Program-made: the position numbers and the translations under genes | Part shown: positions 30,301-38,498 of the stretch, piece after piece | Layout: each line of letters begins with the position of its first letter | Position numbering within the stretch: the first letter of the stretch is position 1 | The notes under the pieces: model-generated | What the model was told of the DNA's origin: nothing | The model's input: only the letters and a program-made list of their open reading frames with translations | Database searches by the model: none | DNA from: Alphaproteobacteria bacterium | GTDB taxonomy: Bacteria > Pseudomonadota > Alphaproteobacteria > MPNO01 > UBA830 | Reading direction: 5' to 3' | Assembly (NCBI GenBank): GCA_965243135.1 | Contig: OZ251539.1 | Coordinates: 2,689,812 to 2,753,811, forward strand | Length of the DNA: 64,000 nt

Positions 30301-30697
30301 TAACTCCCATCACAATATACGATTCTATGACAGTCGTCCAGACACGGACGGAAGTCTTCGCCGGGGCAGCTACGTTGAGGCGGGCGCGAATAAGATATAC
30401 CTGTCGACAACCGGTTACAATCCGTATCGCCGGGCCATGGGAACGCCGAAACCGCTAGAAGTCTCTGCTTTTGTCGACCGACCGGACAGCGACGGCCACC
30501 AACCTGATCTTCGGATATTGGCCTTGCAGGTTTTGAGTCTCACTAAGCTGAATTGGGCTTCCACGGATGCGTTTTGCGGGGAGCCGATCACGCTCAAGTA
30601 CGCCAGAGACATAGCCTATTTGACGGCCGCTTTCCTGCGCCAATCGGAGCCGTTCAACCTTCATCCTTCTCTGGAGACGACGCCATGGTTCATTTAG
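27335..30697 (+). CDS. Schlafen/AlbA_2 + HATPase_c_4 module fused to a long-type, catalytically inactive prokaryotic Argonaute (MID-PIWI)
   Basis: Track ORF 27275..30697. The likely start is the ATG at 27335 after GAGGAAGAGG. ORF residue numbering is used below.
- AlbA_2: FEGQHFDRKEAG...VSAFANSNVEGGLLVIGIASNGAVEGV (res ~45-185).
- HATPase_c_4: IDEAIVNAVAHRDYRT...VVKNPG...PRNPKILEWL...SEGTKQM (res ~335-447).
- Ago N/L1/PAZ-like/L2 region: res ~478-745.
- MID pocket residues: Y851..K855 (YFANK), Q866 (CQMV), K890 (NICAKCGVRPWVL).
- PIWI: FFVGLSYTQ, VVFQYSARL, PITLKYARDIAYL. Confidence 0.8.
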   Translation: MEPPPRAVYDDPARHWDFLTRPSDDDFEGQHFDRKEAGQRTSEARRLEKQLKRLRDGIAETVSAFANSNVEGGLLVIGIASNGAVEGVNHLTERQKNSLTDIGSLLHFQAAEAKLHVCTDSAGQSNAICLIYTPYADSGICETPGSAPKAWERRGPQNVPVTLEMRERLRDRKNLSNFENAFCCPYDPTDLSNDVLAEFRKVFLPEAVKDFSDERLLYEAGALIRRDGEYWFTNAGLLFFGSNPQRVLPASHVRLLRFGAISGDFAKRGLPTFDQKFTGPVTKQIREARTFFRESAFFKRYQKRREAGGFAEEPEFPPTVIDEAIVNAVAHRDYRTAIPIECEAYADAFVVKNPGRMTQRDADLPSRFSLADVVLDSMPRNPKILEWLKLMRDPRGAAYVQAISEGTKQMVTAMEDLGLPAPSFRLASNETLIKIESKAEEREAAILAANEDKPTEFCNLFLLRFRQQGNPVGYDAFGSRYGEIVKTLRDALKGNGWHIDRDGFSRILAHRKGMELEAPEDVRSILRFYPAYEFQIREYHRRYYLCIDYKCLALNVRKLSVARQRLARTDLEGRRCIAEKHGWREGRLSEFGDEFAQVRFFDTETEESVSVDKVIPNVSNAMLETMLKKEGSSFDFSAALRKHSLVTRSNAAKERAERTLTMANHIADTVFPLRHCDLDIDVVSDPVRLSERKGSSKGEMFVRRLPEPEAEFRQRELSRDIRTGITKYGAYDDQPQRIELIPVCTNSMRKGMEKLIGRLVGGRHRYRGSERTFAAEFSYSTIVSVDRVENIRGEIERLLDRRPKGHADARSLFLVYAPEEGYSRDDHTAPYFANKRLLLERGAPCQMVDTPTLENADWKDLNLALNICAKCGVRPWVLPDRIPEADFFVGLSYTQSEDGRRIMGFSNVFNSYGRWEFYRGNASYFDFEDRSVRLAGLIESTLERLESRLSSTPRVVFQYSARLSRLDRMAILRAARKIRPEGIYSFVWINSHHNIRFYDSRPDTDGSLRRGSYVEAGANKIYLSTTGYNPYRRAMGTPKPLEVSAFVDRPDSDGHQPDLRILALQVLSLTKLNWASTDAFCGEPITLKYARDIAYLTAAFLRQSEPFNLHPSLETTPWFI

Positions 30698-30949
30698 CGA
30701 GTTCGAGGCCCGGATCAAGTCGGTGGTCCGGCTTTCAGACGGCGAATCGAAAATTTCACGCCTCCTGACATCGCGTAAATCCAACTCCGGCGACCGTTTC
30801 CTTCCCGACGCCGCGCTGCGACCTCGCCAGTATTGCGCGGATCCACCTGTTGCGGCGCAGGCGCCCGAACCTTCGGCGACGGAAGCCGCGCGCCGCGTCG
30901 GCGTGAACGCAAGCTTTGCGGCAGGCGCTCCCGGCTTTCCGTGCTGCAG

Positions 30950-31657
30950 CTACGCGCCGCTCCCTATGGCGACCGCGTTCTTGTGAACGTCGTCGTACAT
31001 CAGATGCTGGATTTCGAGCATCTGGCGAACGGTCTTGAGCACGAGCGTGCGCTCGTCCTCCGTGCGAGCGAACTGGTCGAGAAGCTTTCGGCCGACATCG
31101 GAATGCTCTTCGTCCGCACTGTCGTGGATCACCCAGTAGGCGACCTCTTCGTCGCTCAAACCGAACTGTTCCTGGAGATTGCGAGCGATCTTGACGTACA
31201 GTCCGGGTATCGCCGCCTCGCCCGCCAGCATGTGCGCGGCGACGCCTTCCAGGAAGCTTTTCGAGCAGATTTGGGTGAAATAAGCCTGAAACGCCACTAC
31301 GCCGGCGCAATACGGGGGATCGTACATTTGTTCCGGCGTCAGCCCCATGCCCCTCGCGTAATCGAGATAGAGCCGGTGGTGCGAGACTCCGTTTGACATC
31401 AGGCGCCCGGTCGCCTCTTCGAAGGCCACTTCGGCGATCAACTCGCGCCAAGCCGGATCGGGACAGATCACGTAGAGATTGCCGTGATAGTTGTGATTGT
31501 GGAGCGGTATGCCGCCATGCTGCTGACAGATGTAGCGCGACTGCTCCAGATTCCACCTGCCCTCGACCATGCCGGTCCAGAGCGGATGTCCATACATCGG
31601 CAGTTCCCCGTGGATTTCCGAAATCCGATCGAGCACGCCCTGCGTCGTCAATGTCAT
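30950..31657 (-). CDS. heme-oxygenase-like (TenA/PqqC-type) iron-containing redox enzyme family protein
   Basis: Start MTLTTQGVLDRISE at 31657 after AGGAGA. An all-helical protein of 235 aa with spaced H/E/D residues (HNHNYHG, AFEEATG, HMLAGEAA, DSADEEH). Family call is from memory. Confidence 0.65.
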   Translation of the reverse strand: MTLTTQGVLDRISEIHGELPMYGHPLWTGMVEGRWNLEQSRYICQQHGGIPLHNHNYHGNLYVICPDPAWRELIAEVAFEEATGRLMSNGVSHHRLYLDYARGMGLTPEQMYDPPYCAGVVAFQAYFTQICSKSFLEGVAAHMLAGEAAIPGLYVKIARNLQEQFGLSDEEVAYWVIHDSADEEHSDVGRKLLDQFARTEDERTLVLKTVRQMLEIQHLMYDDVHKNAVAIGSGA

Positions 31658-32401
31658 CGTGCGTCTCCTGGCAGACCGAAAGCGCATTGAACATATCCTT
31701 CGGCCGCAAACCGGTCGAGCGCCCGGCGTGGCAGCGCCGCCTTGCATGGGTTGCAGGCGTCAGGATCGGACGCGGTCCTTGTTCCGACGCCGGAGTCGCG
31801 TCTTCCGCAGAGCATAGTCCGCACGGCTGCGGAGCGGAAACAAATCGCGATCCTGAAGCTCGGCGTGGAAAACTGTCGACGGTCGGCACGGCTGGATCAA
31901 TTGCGCTTTGGTCCCTTGCGTCTCTTCGGGACACCATCCTCCGGCAGACCGGTTCTTGCCGCTTCTCCACCTCGCGAAGCGCACTCTCCGGTGCCAGGCG
32001 AAGCTTCTCGACCTTCGGAAGTCTCCGGAGCGCCGCTGTCGGCGCCCTCCCCGACCGGCGTCGTCTCGGGCGTCGCAGGCTGAATGTGCGGCCGCCATGG
32101 CGGCCGCGAGAAAAAGGCGTCCGGAAGAGCGATTCGCTAAACCCTGTTCACGCTCCGCGAGCGAACGGCCTACGCCGGGTCCTCTGGTTTCCGTCTTTGA
32201 AACGCGCTCGACTTGAACTTCTTGAATCGCAGGTCCATCGCCTCGTCCGAACGAGCTGGCGGCCCGCAAGACGCGGCGGATCTCTCGATGCGAACGCTTT
32301 TTCAGAAAAGACGGAAAACGCGATCTCGTCGCAAGTCAATCGATCACGCGGAAATCGTCGAAAACCATGAAGCCATGCAAAAGTAAACGCCGTTGGGAGG
32401 A

Positions 32402-33253
32402 TCAAAGGCTGCGGGCGTGGACGCGCTTCAGGAAGTCGATCACCTGGCCGTTGAAACGGTCCGCGTGTTCGATGTTCGGGCAGTGTCCGCAGTTTTCGTA
32501 GACATGATGCTCGTTGTCGGGGATGCGCTCGGCCAGTTCGTGGGAATAGCCCTGACTGCGCAACGGATCGTTGGCGCCGGCGACGATCAGAACCGGTACC
32601 GCGACGTTCTCGTAGACCGTGTCGTCCGGCACGCCGAAACCCTGTTTCGCGCCTTCGTTCCGCTCCTGGCGCTTGAGACGCGGCGCGGACGCGCATTCCC
32701 AGGCGCCCGGCAGCAGCGCCATTTCCTGGCGCTTCGCCACGTACGCGTCGTCGTCGCCCCATTTGGGGTCGTCGAGCATGGCGTGAAGGAGTGCCCGCAT
32801 CGCTTCCGCGGTTCCGTCGTACGCGAGCAACGTCTTCCGCTCCTCCGTCAGCGGCGTGAACCCGCCGCCCGAACACAGCACGGCCGACCGCACCGGCAAA
32901 ATCGGCGGCGGGTCGGCGATGATCCGCGCAAGATTGGATCCGCCCATGGAATTTCCCACGAAATCCGCCTCGGAGATCCCGAGCTCCTCGAAGAAACGTT
33001 GCATGTGGCGGTATACGCGCCCGCGCGGGTCGGCGAAATCGAACACCTTGTCCGTGCGCCCGAACCCGAGCCAGTCCGGCGCGACGACGTGGAAATGCTC
33101 GGCGAGCGCCGGGACGGCGAACTCCCAGCTGATTTCGGCGCAGCCGCCGAATTCGCCGGAATGCAGCAAGGCCACCGTCGGCGCGCCGGGGTCGCCCGCC
33201 TCCAGATAGTGAGTGTTGACGCCGTCGACGGCGACGTATTTCGATTCGATCAT
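32402..33253 (-). CDS. alpha/beta hydrolase (meta-cleavage-product hydrolase-like)
   Basis: MIESKYVAVDGVNTHYLEAGD...LLHSGEFGG...FVGNSMGG...CGHCPNIE. Confidence 0.8.
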   Translation of the reverse strand: MIESKYVAVDGVNTHYLEAGDPGAPTVALLHSGEFGGCAEISWEFAVPALAEHFHVVAPDWLGFGRTDKVFDFADPRGRVYRHMQRFFEELGISEADFVGNSMGGSNLARIIADPPPILPVRSAVLCSGGGFTPLTEERKTLLAYDGTAEAMRALLHAMLDDPKWGDDDAYVAKRQEMALLPGAWECASAPRLKRQERNEGAKQGFGVPDDTVYENVAVPVLIVAGANDPLRSQGYSHELAERIPDNEHHVYENCGHCPNIEHADRFNGQVIDFLKRVHARSL

Positions 33254-33272
33254 CTCCGGCTCTCCCGACGGT

Positions 33273-34502
33273 TCAGCGCACGAAATCGACGGCGAGGCCG
33301 TCCGCATGATCGGGCGGCGACTCGCGCTTTTCCGCCGTCTCCTCGGGACTCCACGCATCCGCGAGTTCGCGGAGGCGCGGGTACACCTCGCGTTCGTAGA
33401 GCGTCATCGACCGCAGGACTCTTTCGGTCGAAAGGTGGCCGGCTTGTCCCATCATCAGCATGTGGCCGAAACCGCCGGAATGCTCCCAGAACGACCTGAT
33501 CTGCCGGTACACCTGGTCGGGCGTTCCCGCGAAGACGTTGCCGCGGCGCATGTGCTCCCCGAGATCGGCGCTGTAGGCGGCGCCGGTTCCGGATACGTGG
33601 GCGCCGCGCATGATGTTGGCGGCGAGCTTCGGCGGGTGGTAGCCGGGAGGGTTCCTCCAAGGCTCCGAGACCTTGTTGGCCTGCATGTACCACATCAAAT
33701 GGTTGGCTCCGTCCTCGGCTTCGCGTTCGCTGTCGCCGACATAGACGAGCGCGCAATAGGCCAGCCGGTCGAGCGGCGCGTGTTCGCGATGATGCCTGAG
33801 GTAATTCGCGCGGTAGGCGTCGAAAATCGGACGGATTCGCGAATAGCCGGCAAGAAAGACGGCGCCGACATGCCCGTGCCGGGCCACGGGATCGGTGCTG
33901 GCGGCGCTGCCCATCGTGATCCATACGGGAGGATGCGGCTGCTGCCACGGGCGCGGCCAGACGTTCACCTGGCGGTGACTGTACCACCTGCCCTCGAAAC
34001 TGAACGGACCGTCATGCGTGGTCCACGCCTTCAGGATCAGGTCGTGCGCTTCCCACAGCCGTTCCGACCCCCGGTACGGAAGGACGTTGGCGGCGGCCGC
34101 CTCGTAGGGCACGCTGCGGACGAAGCCGCATTCGAGCCGCCCCTTGGAGATGACGTCGATCATCGCCATTTCTTCCGCGACGCGGACCGGCTGGTTGCGA
34201 TTGGGCAGGGGGTTGCCGAGGATCAGGAGCCGGGAGCGGCCGGTCTGCCGCGCGAGGATGCCGAGCATTATGGGCGCGGCCGGAACCATGCAGGTCGCCG
34301 TCTGGTGATGTTCGTTCACCATGATCTCCAGCCCCAGCTCGTCGGCGGCGCACCAGAGGTCGAGATATTCGTTGTAAAGACGGCTGGCATTCTGCGGGTC
34401 GCAGAGCGCGTTGGGCAAATCGACCCGGATCGAAGCGTAGGAATCGGGATCCGGCAGGTCGGGATAGCAGTCCTCCGTGAAGAACCAGGTCTTGAGGCTC
34501 AT
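33273..34502 (-). CDS. LLM-class flavin-dependent oxidoreductase (luciferase-like monooxygenase), paralog 1
   Basis: Full 409-aa ORF. It aligns by eye along its full length with the 34521..35750 product (shared blocks NEHHQTATCMVPAAPIMLGILARQT, RLECGFVRSVPYEAAAAN, VNVWPRPWQQPHPP). Confidence 0.85.
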   Translation of the reverse strand: MSLKTWFFTEDCYPDLPDPDSYASIRVDLPNALCDPQNASRLYNEYLDLWCAADELGLEIMVNEHHQTATCMVPAAPIMLGILARQTGRSRLLILGNPLPNRNQPVRVAEEMAMIDVISKGRLECGFVRSVPYEAAAANVLPYRGSERLWEAHDLILKAWTTHDGPFSFEGRWYSHRQVNVWPRPWQQPHPPVWITMGSAASTDPVARHGHVGAVFLAGYSRIRPIFDAYRANYLRHHREHAPLDRLAYCALVYVGDSEREAEDGANHLMWYMQANKVSEPWRNPPGYHPPKLAANIMRGAHVSGTGAAYSADLGEHMRRGNVFAGTPDQVYRQIRSFWEHSGGFGHMLMMGQAGHLSTERVLRSMTLYEREVYPRLRELADAWSPEETAEKRESPPDHADGLAVDFVR

Positions 34503-34520
34503 GCGTTCGCGGCCCGCGAA

Positions 34521-35750
34521 TCAGCGAACGAATTCGACGCCGAAGGTGCCGAGGTCAGCGCTCTGCCTTGCCGGCATCGCCGCGCTGCGTTCGGCGACTT
34601 CGGCGGGGTCGCTGGTCGCGGTCAACTCGCGGAGGCGAGGATACACTTCGTTACTGTACAGCTTCATCGACTTCAGCGCATCGTCGTCGGAGAGGAAGCC
34701 TGCCTGGCCCATGAGCATCATGTGTCCGAAGCCGCCGGAATACTCCCAGAACGCCTTGATCTGCTCGTAGACTTGATCCGGGGTGCCGGCGAACACGTTG
34801 CCGCGGGCCATCTGCTGTTCGAGCGTCGGATTGACCGGCACGCCCGAGCCGGTGACGCCGCGCATGACCGCGGCGGAAACGGCTGGGGGGTGATAGCCGG
34901 GCGGATTGCTCCATTCCGGCGGCACTTTGTTGGCCTCCATGTACCAAAGCAGTTTGCGCGCGCCGTCTTCCGCCTCGCGTTCGTTCTCTCCGACGTAGCA
35001 CAGCGCCAGATAAGCGAGGCGGTCGAACGGAGCCTGGCCGCCGTGAGCGCGCGACCAGGCGTCGCGATAACCGCCGAATATCTCCCTGATCTTGGGATAG
35101 CCGGCGAGAAAGACGGCGCCGACGTGACGATGCTCGGCGACCGGCACCGCCGTGCGGGCGCTTCCCATGGTGATCCAGATCGGCGGATGCGGCTGCTGCC
35201 ACGGGCGCGGCCATACGTTGACTTGGCGGTGATGGTACCAGCGTCCCTCGAAGTTGAACGGACCGTCATGGGTGGTCCACGCCTTGACGATCAGGTCATG
35301 CGCTTCCCAGAGCCGTTCCGTACCCTTGTACGGCAGGATGTTCGCGGCGGCGGCCTCGTACGGGACGCTGCGCACGAAACCGCATTCCAGGCGGCCTTTC
35401 GAAATCACGTCGACCATCGCCATTTCCTCCGCGACGCGAACCGGCTGGTTGCGGTTGGGCAGAGGGTTGCCGAGAATCAGCAGGCGCGCCCGGCTGGTCT
35501 GGCGGGCGAGTATTCCGAGCATGATAGGGGCCGCCGGAACCATGCAGGTCGCCGTCTGGTGATGCTCGTTGAGCATGATCTCGAGGCCGATCTCGTCGCA
35601 GGCGCACCAGAGGTCGAGGTAGCGGTTGTAGAGCTCGCTCGCCTTCCGCGGGTCGCAATGAACGTTCGGCAGATCGACGCGGATCGACCGGTAGGCGCTC
35701 TGATCCGGCAGATAGGGATAGCAGTCCTCGGTGAACCACCACGATTTCAT
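34521..35750 (-). CDS. LLM-class flavin-dependent oxidoreductase, paralog 2
   Basis: Start MKSWWFTEDCYPYL at 35750, overlapping the stop of the upstream hydrolase gene (ATGA). 409 aa, a close paralog of 33273..34502. Confidence 0.85.
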   Translation of the reverse strand: MKSWWFTEDCYPYLPDQSAYRSIRVDLPNVHCDPRKASELYNRYLDLWCACDEIGLEIMLNEHHQTATCMVPAAPIMLGILARQTSRARLLILGNPLPNRNQPVRVAEEMAMVDVISKGRLECGFVRSVPYEAAAANILPYKGTERLWEAHDLIVKAWTTHDGPFNFEGRWYHHRQVNVWPRPWQQPHPPIWITMGSARTAVPVAEHRHVGAVFLAGYPKIREIFGGYRDAWSRAHGGQAPFDRLAYLALCYVGENEREAEDGARKLLWYMEANKVPPEWSNPPGYHPPAVSAAVMRGVTGSGVPVNPTLEQQMARGNVFAGTPDQVYEQIKAFWEYSGGFGHMMLMGQAGFLSDDDALKSMKLYSNEVYPRLRELTATSDPAEVAERSAAMPARQSADLGTFGVEFVR

Positions 35751-36514
35751 GGCCCCGGCCCTTCGGTCGCGAACGCCAGCACGGCATCGACGAACGCGCC
35801 GGGGCGCTCCATCTGGGGCGCATGGCCGGCATTTTCGATCACCGTCAGGCCGGCACCGTCGATCATCTTCGAGAACGCGCGCCCGTAGTCGACGGACACG
35901 ATGCCGTCGCTGGCCCCCCATATGAAATGAGTCGGAATGTCGATGCGATGCAGCCGCTGCGGCAGCTTCGGGTTGTGCATGTACGGATCCCACGTGTACA
36001 CGCCGAGCGCCGTGCGGTTGGCCGCGATCTCCTCGACCCGCTCGTCCGGCAGCCGCGCGAGGTCGGGGGCCAGCGACGCGTCGTGAAACATGAGCTCCGC
36101 CAGCTTTTCGGCCGGCGCCGCGAAGACGTCCGCGATGTCGCGGACGTCGCGACCGGAGACCTTGACGCCGACGGAATCGACCAGAATCAGTTTCGAGAGG
36201 CGTTCCGTCGTCATTACGGCGAGTTCGAGAGCGATCCAGCCGCCCATGGAAAAGCCCATCAGGACGGCGTCCCTCAGATCGAGTTCCTCCAGCAGGTCGA
36301 GATAGAGAAACGCCAGATCGTCGATGCAGTCGAACTGGTCCGGAATCCGGCTGCCCGCGAAGCCGGGATGGGTGGGAGCGACAATCTCGAATTTTTCGGC
36401 AAGCCGGTCGGCGAACGGCATGTCGGCGATCGGTCCGCCGCCTCCGTGCAGCGCGACCAGGGGCCGACCCGAGCCCTTGCGCGCAACCTCCACGTCGAGT
36501 CCCTGCAGTCTCAT
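35747..36514 (-). CDS. alpha/beta hydrolase
   Basis: MRLQGLDVEVARKGSGRPLVALHGGGG...GFSMGGW...NAGHAPQMERP. It is the tail of track ORF 35747..36583. Confidence 0.8.
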   Translation of the reverse strand: MRLQGLDVEVARKGSGRPLVALHGGGGPIADMPFADRLAEKFEIVAPTHPGFAGSRIPDQFDCIDDLAFLYLDLLEELDLRDAVLMGFSMGGWIALELAVMTTERLSKLILVDSVGVKVSGRDVRDIADVFAAPAEKLAELMFHDASLAPDLARLPDERVEEIAANRTALGVYTWDPYMHNPKLPQRLHRIDIPTHFIWGASDGIVSVDYGRAFSKMIDGAGLTVIENAGHAPQMERPGAFVDAVLAFATEGPGP

Positions 36515-36746
36515 GCCCGTTGTTCCATCCTTCGCCTCTCGCCGGTTGCGCCGCACATTACTTTTCCGCCGGCCGGTTGGCAATCCGCGCGGGAGAGAGG
36601 CGGCGTCGCGGATTCCGGGCGACGACGAAGGGGCGGACGAACCTTGGCAGATCCTTGCCGCCAGGCGGCCGCGGGGCAGGCGTCGGCGACTGCGAATCGG
36701 CGGCCGCGCGCATCGCGAAGCGCCGGCCGCCCTGAACGCGGCGCGG

Positions 36747-38375
36747 TCATTGCACCCAGTAATCCGAGGAAGGATCGCCTTTGACGGTTTCTTCGGGCGA
36801 CCACTCGCCGATGATCAGGCCTTTCCTGCGGGCGCCGCCGGTGCGTTTGCGGACCGCCTCCTCCGATATCGAGATACGGGTGCGGCGCTTGCGCAGCCAC
36901 GCGAAAATCCGTTCGTGCATCTCGGCGCGGACATCCGCGTGGTCGGGACTGCTTCCAAGGTCGCGAAATTCTTCGGGATCGGTCTCTAGATCGAAGAGCT
37001 GCGGCCGATAGCCTTCGTACAGGATGTATTTCCAGCGGTCGGTGCGCGCCATAAACGCCCGCGCATCCGCAGGTTCGATGCCCAGGTAGCTGCGCGCGGG
37101 CTTGAACGCGAAGTCGCTTTCCGAGAAGACGGCGTCGCGCCATTCGCCGTTCCGCCCGCTTCGCAGCGCCGGAAGAAGGGACCGCCCCTCCAGCACGTGG
37201 CCAGCGTCTTTCCAGCCGCCGAAGAGGTCGAGGAAGGTCGGGATCAGGTCGATCGATTCGACGAACAGATCGTTCCGGGTTCCCCGCGTTCCGTCGGCCG
37301 CCGAATCCGGATCGTAGACGACGAGCGGTATCCTGACCGAACAATCGTGGAACATCTCCTTCTCGCCGAGCCAGTGATCGCCGAGGTAGTCGCCATGGTC
37401 CGAAGTGAAGACGATCAAGGTATCGTCCATCCTGCCGCTCGCTTCCAGCCATTCGAACAGGATTCCCAGCTGATCGTCGATCTGCTTGATCAGCCCCATG
37501 TACGCCGGGACGACGTTCGCGCGCACCTCGTCCATGGCGAAGCTGCGGCTTTCCGGATGCTTCATGTGCGCCGCGATCACCGGGTGGGGATCGTCCAGTT
37601 CCGTTCGCGACCGCACGGCGGGCAGGATCTGGTTTCGTCCGTACGCGGCGTGATACGGCGCCGGCGCGACGTAGGGCCAGTGCGGCTTGATGTAAGAAAG
37701 ATGCAGCAGGAACGGCGCGTCGCCCTGTCGTTCCATGAACTCGATCGCGCGGCGGGTCATGTAGGGCGTTTCGGAATCCTCTTCCCTGATTCGCGCCGGC
37801 AGGTGGTTGTTTCCGAGATACCAGCCGGACAGGATTTCGCCGTCGGGGCCCTCCGCCGAGTTCGCCCAGTCGTGCCACGGGTTGTCGCCATCGTAGCCTT
37901 TCGACCTCAGGTAGCGGTTGTAAGCGTAATCGGGATCGACGACCGCGTCAGGCCACAGGCCGTCGTCGCGTTCGACGGGTTCCAGCCCGCACTGGGAGGC
38001 GAGTCCGCCGAGACTCGAGGCCGGATCCACGCCCAGCCTCTTCATGCCGTCGCGGTCGGGGGCCATGTGGGTCTTGCCGACGAGGGCGCAACGCAGGCCG
38101 CGCGGCCGCATCCAGTCTCCTATATTCGGTTGCCCGACGGACAGCGGAACGTCGTTCCAGGTGGCGCCGTGGCTGAACATGTAGCGTCCGGTCAGGAACG
38201 ACATGCGCGACGGACCGCAAAGGGGGGACTGAACGTAGGTTTGCGTAAAGTTGACGCCGCTTGCCGCCAGCCTGTCGACGTTCGGCGTTTCCAGGTGCGG
38301 ATGCCCGTTGCAGGAGAGGTAGTCCCAGCGCAACTGGTCGCACATGATGAACAGAATGTTTCGTACCTTGCCCAT
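36747..38375 (-). CDS. sulfatase-family hydrolase (alkaline-phosphatase superfamily)
   Basis: MGKVRNILFIMCDQLRWD... with the formylglycine-type motif CGPSRMSFLTGR and a later SDHGDYLGDH. Confidence 0.85.
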   Translation of the reverse strand: MGKVRNILFIMCDQLRWDYLSCNGHPHLETPNVDRLAASGVNFTQTYVQSPLCGPSRMSFLTGRYMFSHGATWNDVPLSVGQPNIGDWMRPRGLRCALVGKTHMAPDRDGMKRLGVDPASSLGGLASQCGLEPVERDDGLWPDAVVDPDYAYNRYLRSKGYDGDNPWHDWANSAEGPDGEILSGWYLGNNHLPARIREEDSETPYMTRRAIEFMERQGDAPFLLHLSYIKPHWPYVAPAPYHAAYGRNQILPAVRSRTELDDPHPVIAAHMKHPESRSFAMDEVRANVVPAYMGLIKQIDDQLGILFEWLEASGRMDDTLIVFTSDHGDYLGDHWLGEKEMFHDCSVRIPLVVYDPDSAADGTRGTRNDLFVESIDLIPTFLDLFGGWKDAGHVLEGRSLLPALRSGRNGEWRDAVFSESDFAFKPARSYLGIEPADARAFMARTDRWKYILYEGYRPQLFDLETDPEEFRDLGSSPDHADVRAEMHERIFAWLRKRRTRISISEEAVRKRTGGARRKGLIIGEWSPEETVKGDPSSDYWVQ

Positions 38376-38498
38376 GTCTGCGTTTCGCTCCGGTTGTTCC
38401 GTCTGTTTGATAGCACGGCGAGCGGCTCGCCGCCCGCGCGCGGGAATGCGCAAAGGCCGTCGCGCGGCGCGTCCCGCCCGCCCCTTTCGGACAGGGGT

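Noticed and set aside
31658-32401. ORFs 31393..32370 (+), 31760..32269 (-) and 31742..32083 (+), in the gap between the heme-oxygenase-like gene and the hydrolase gene.
   Set aside because: They overlap one another, are low-complexity and Arg-rich, and show no motif. They are left unannotated. A decayed gene cannot be excluded.
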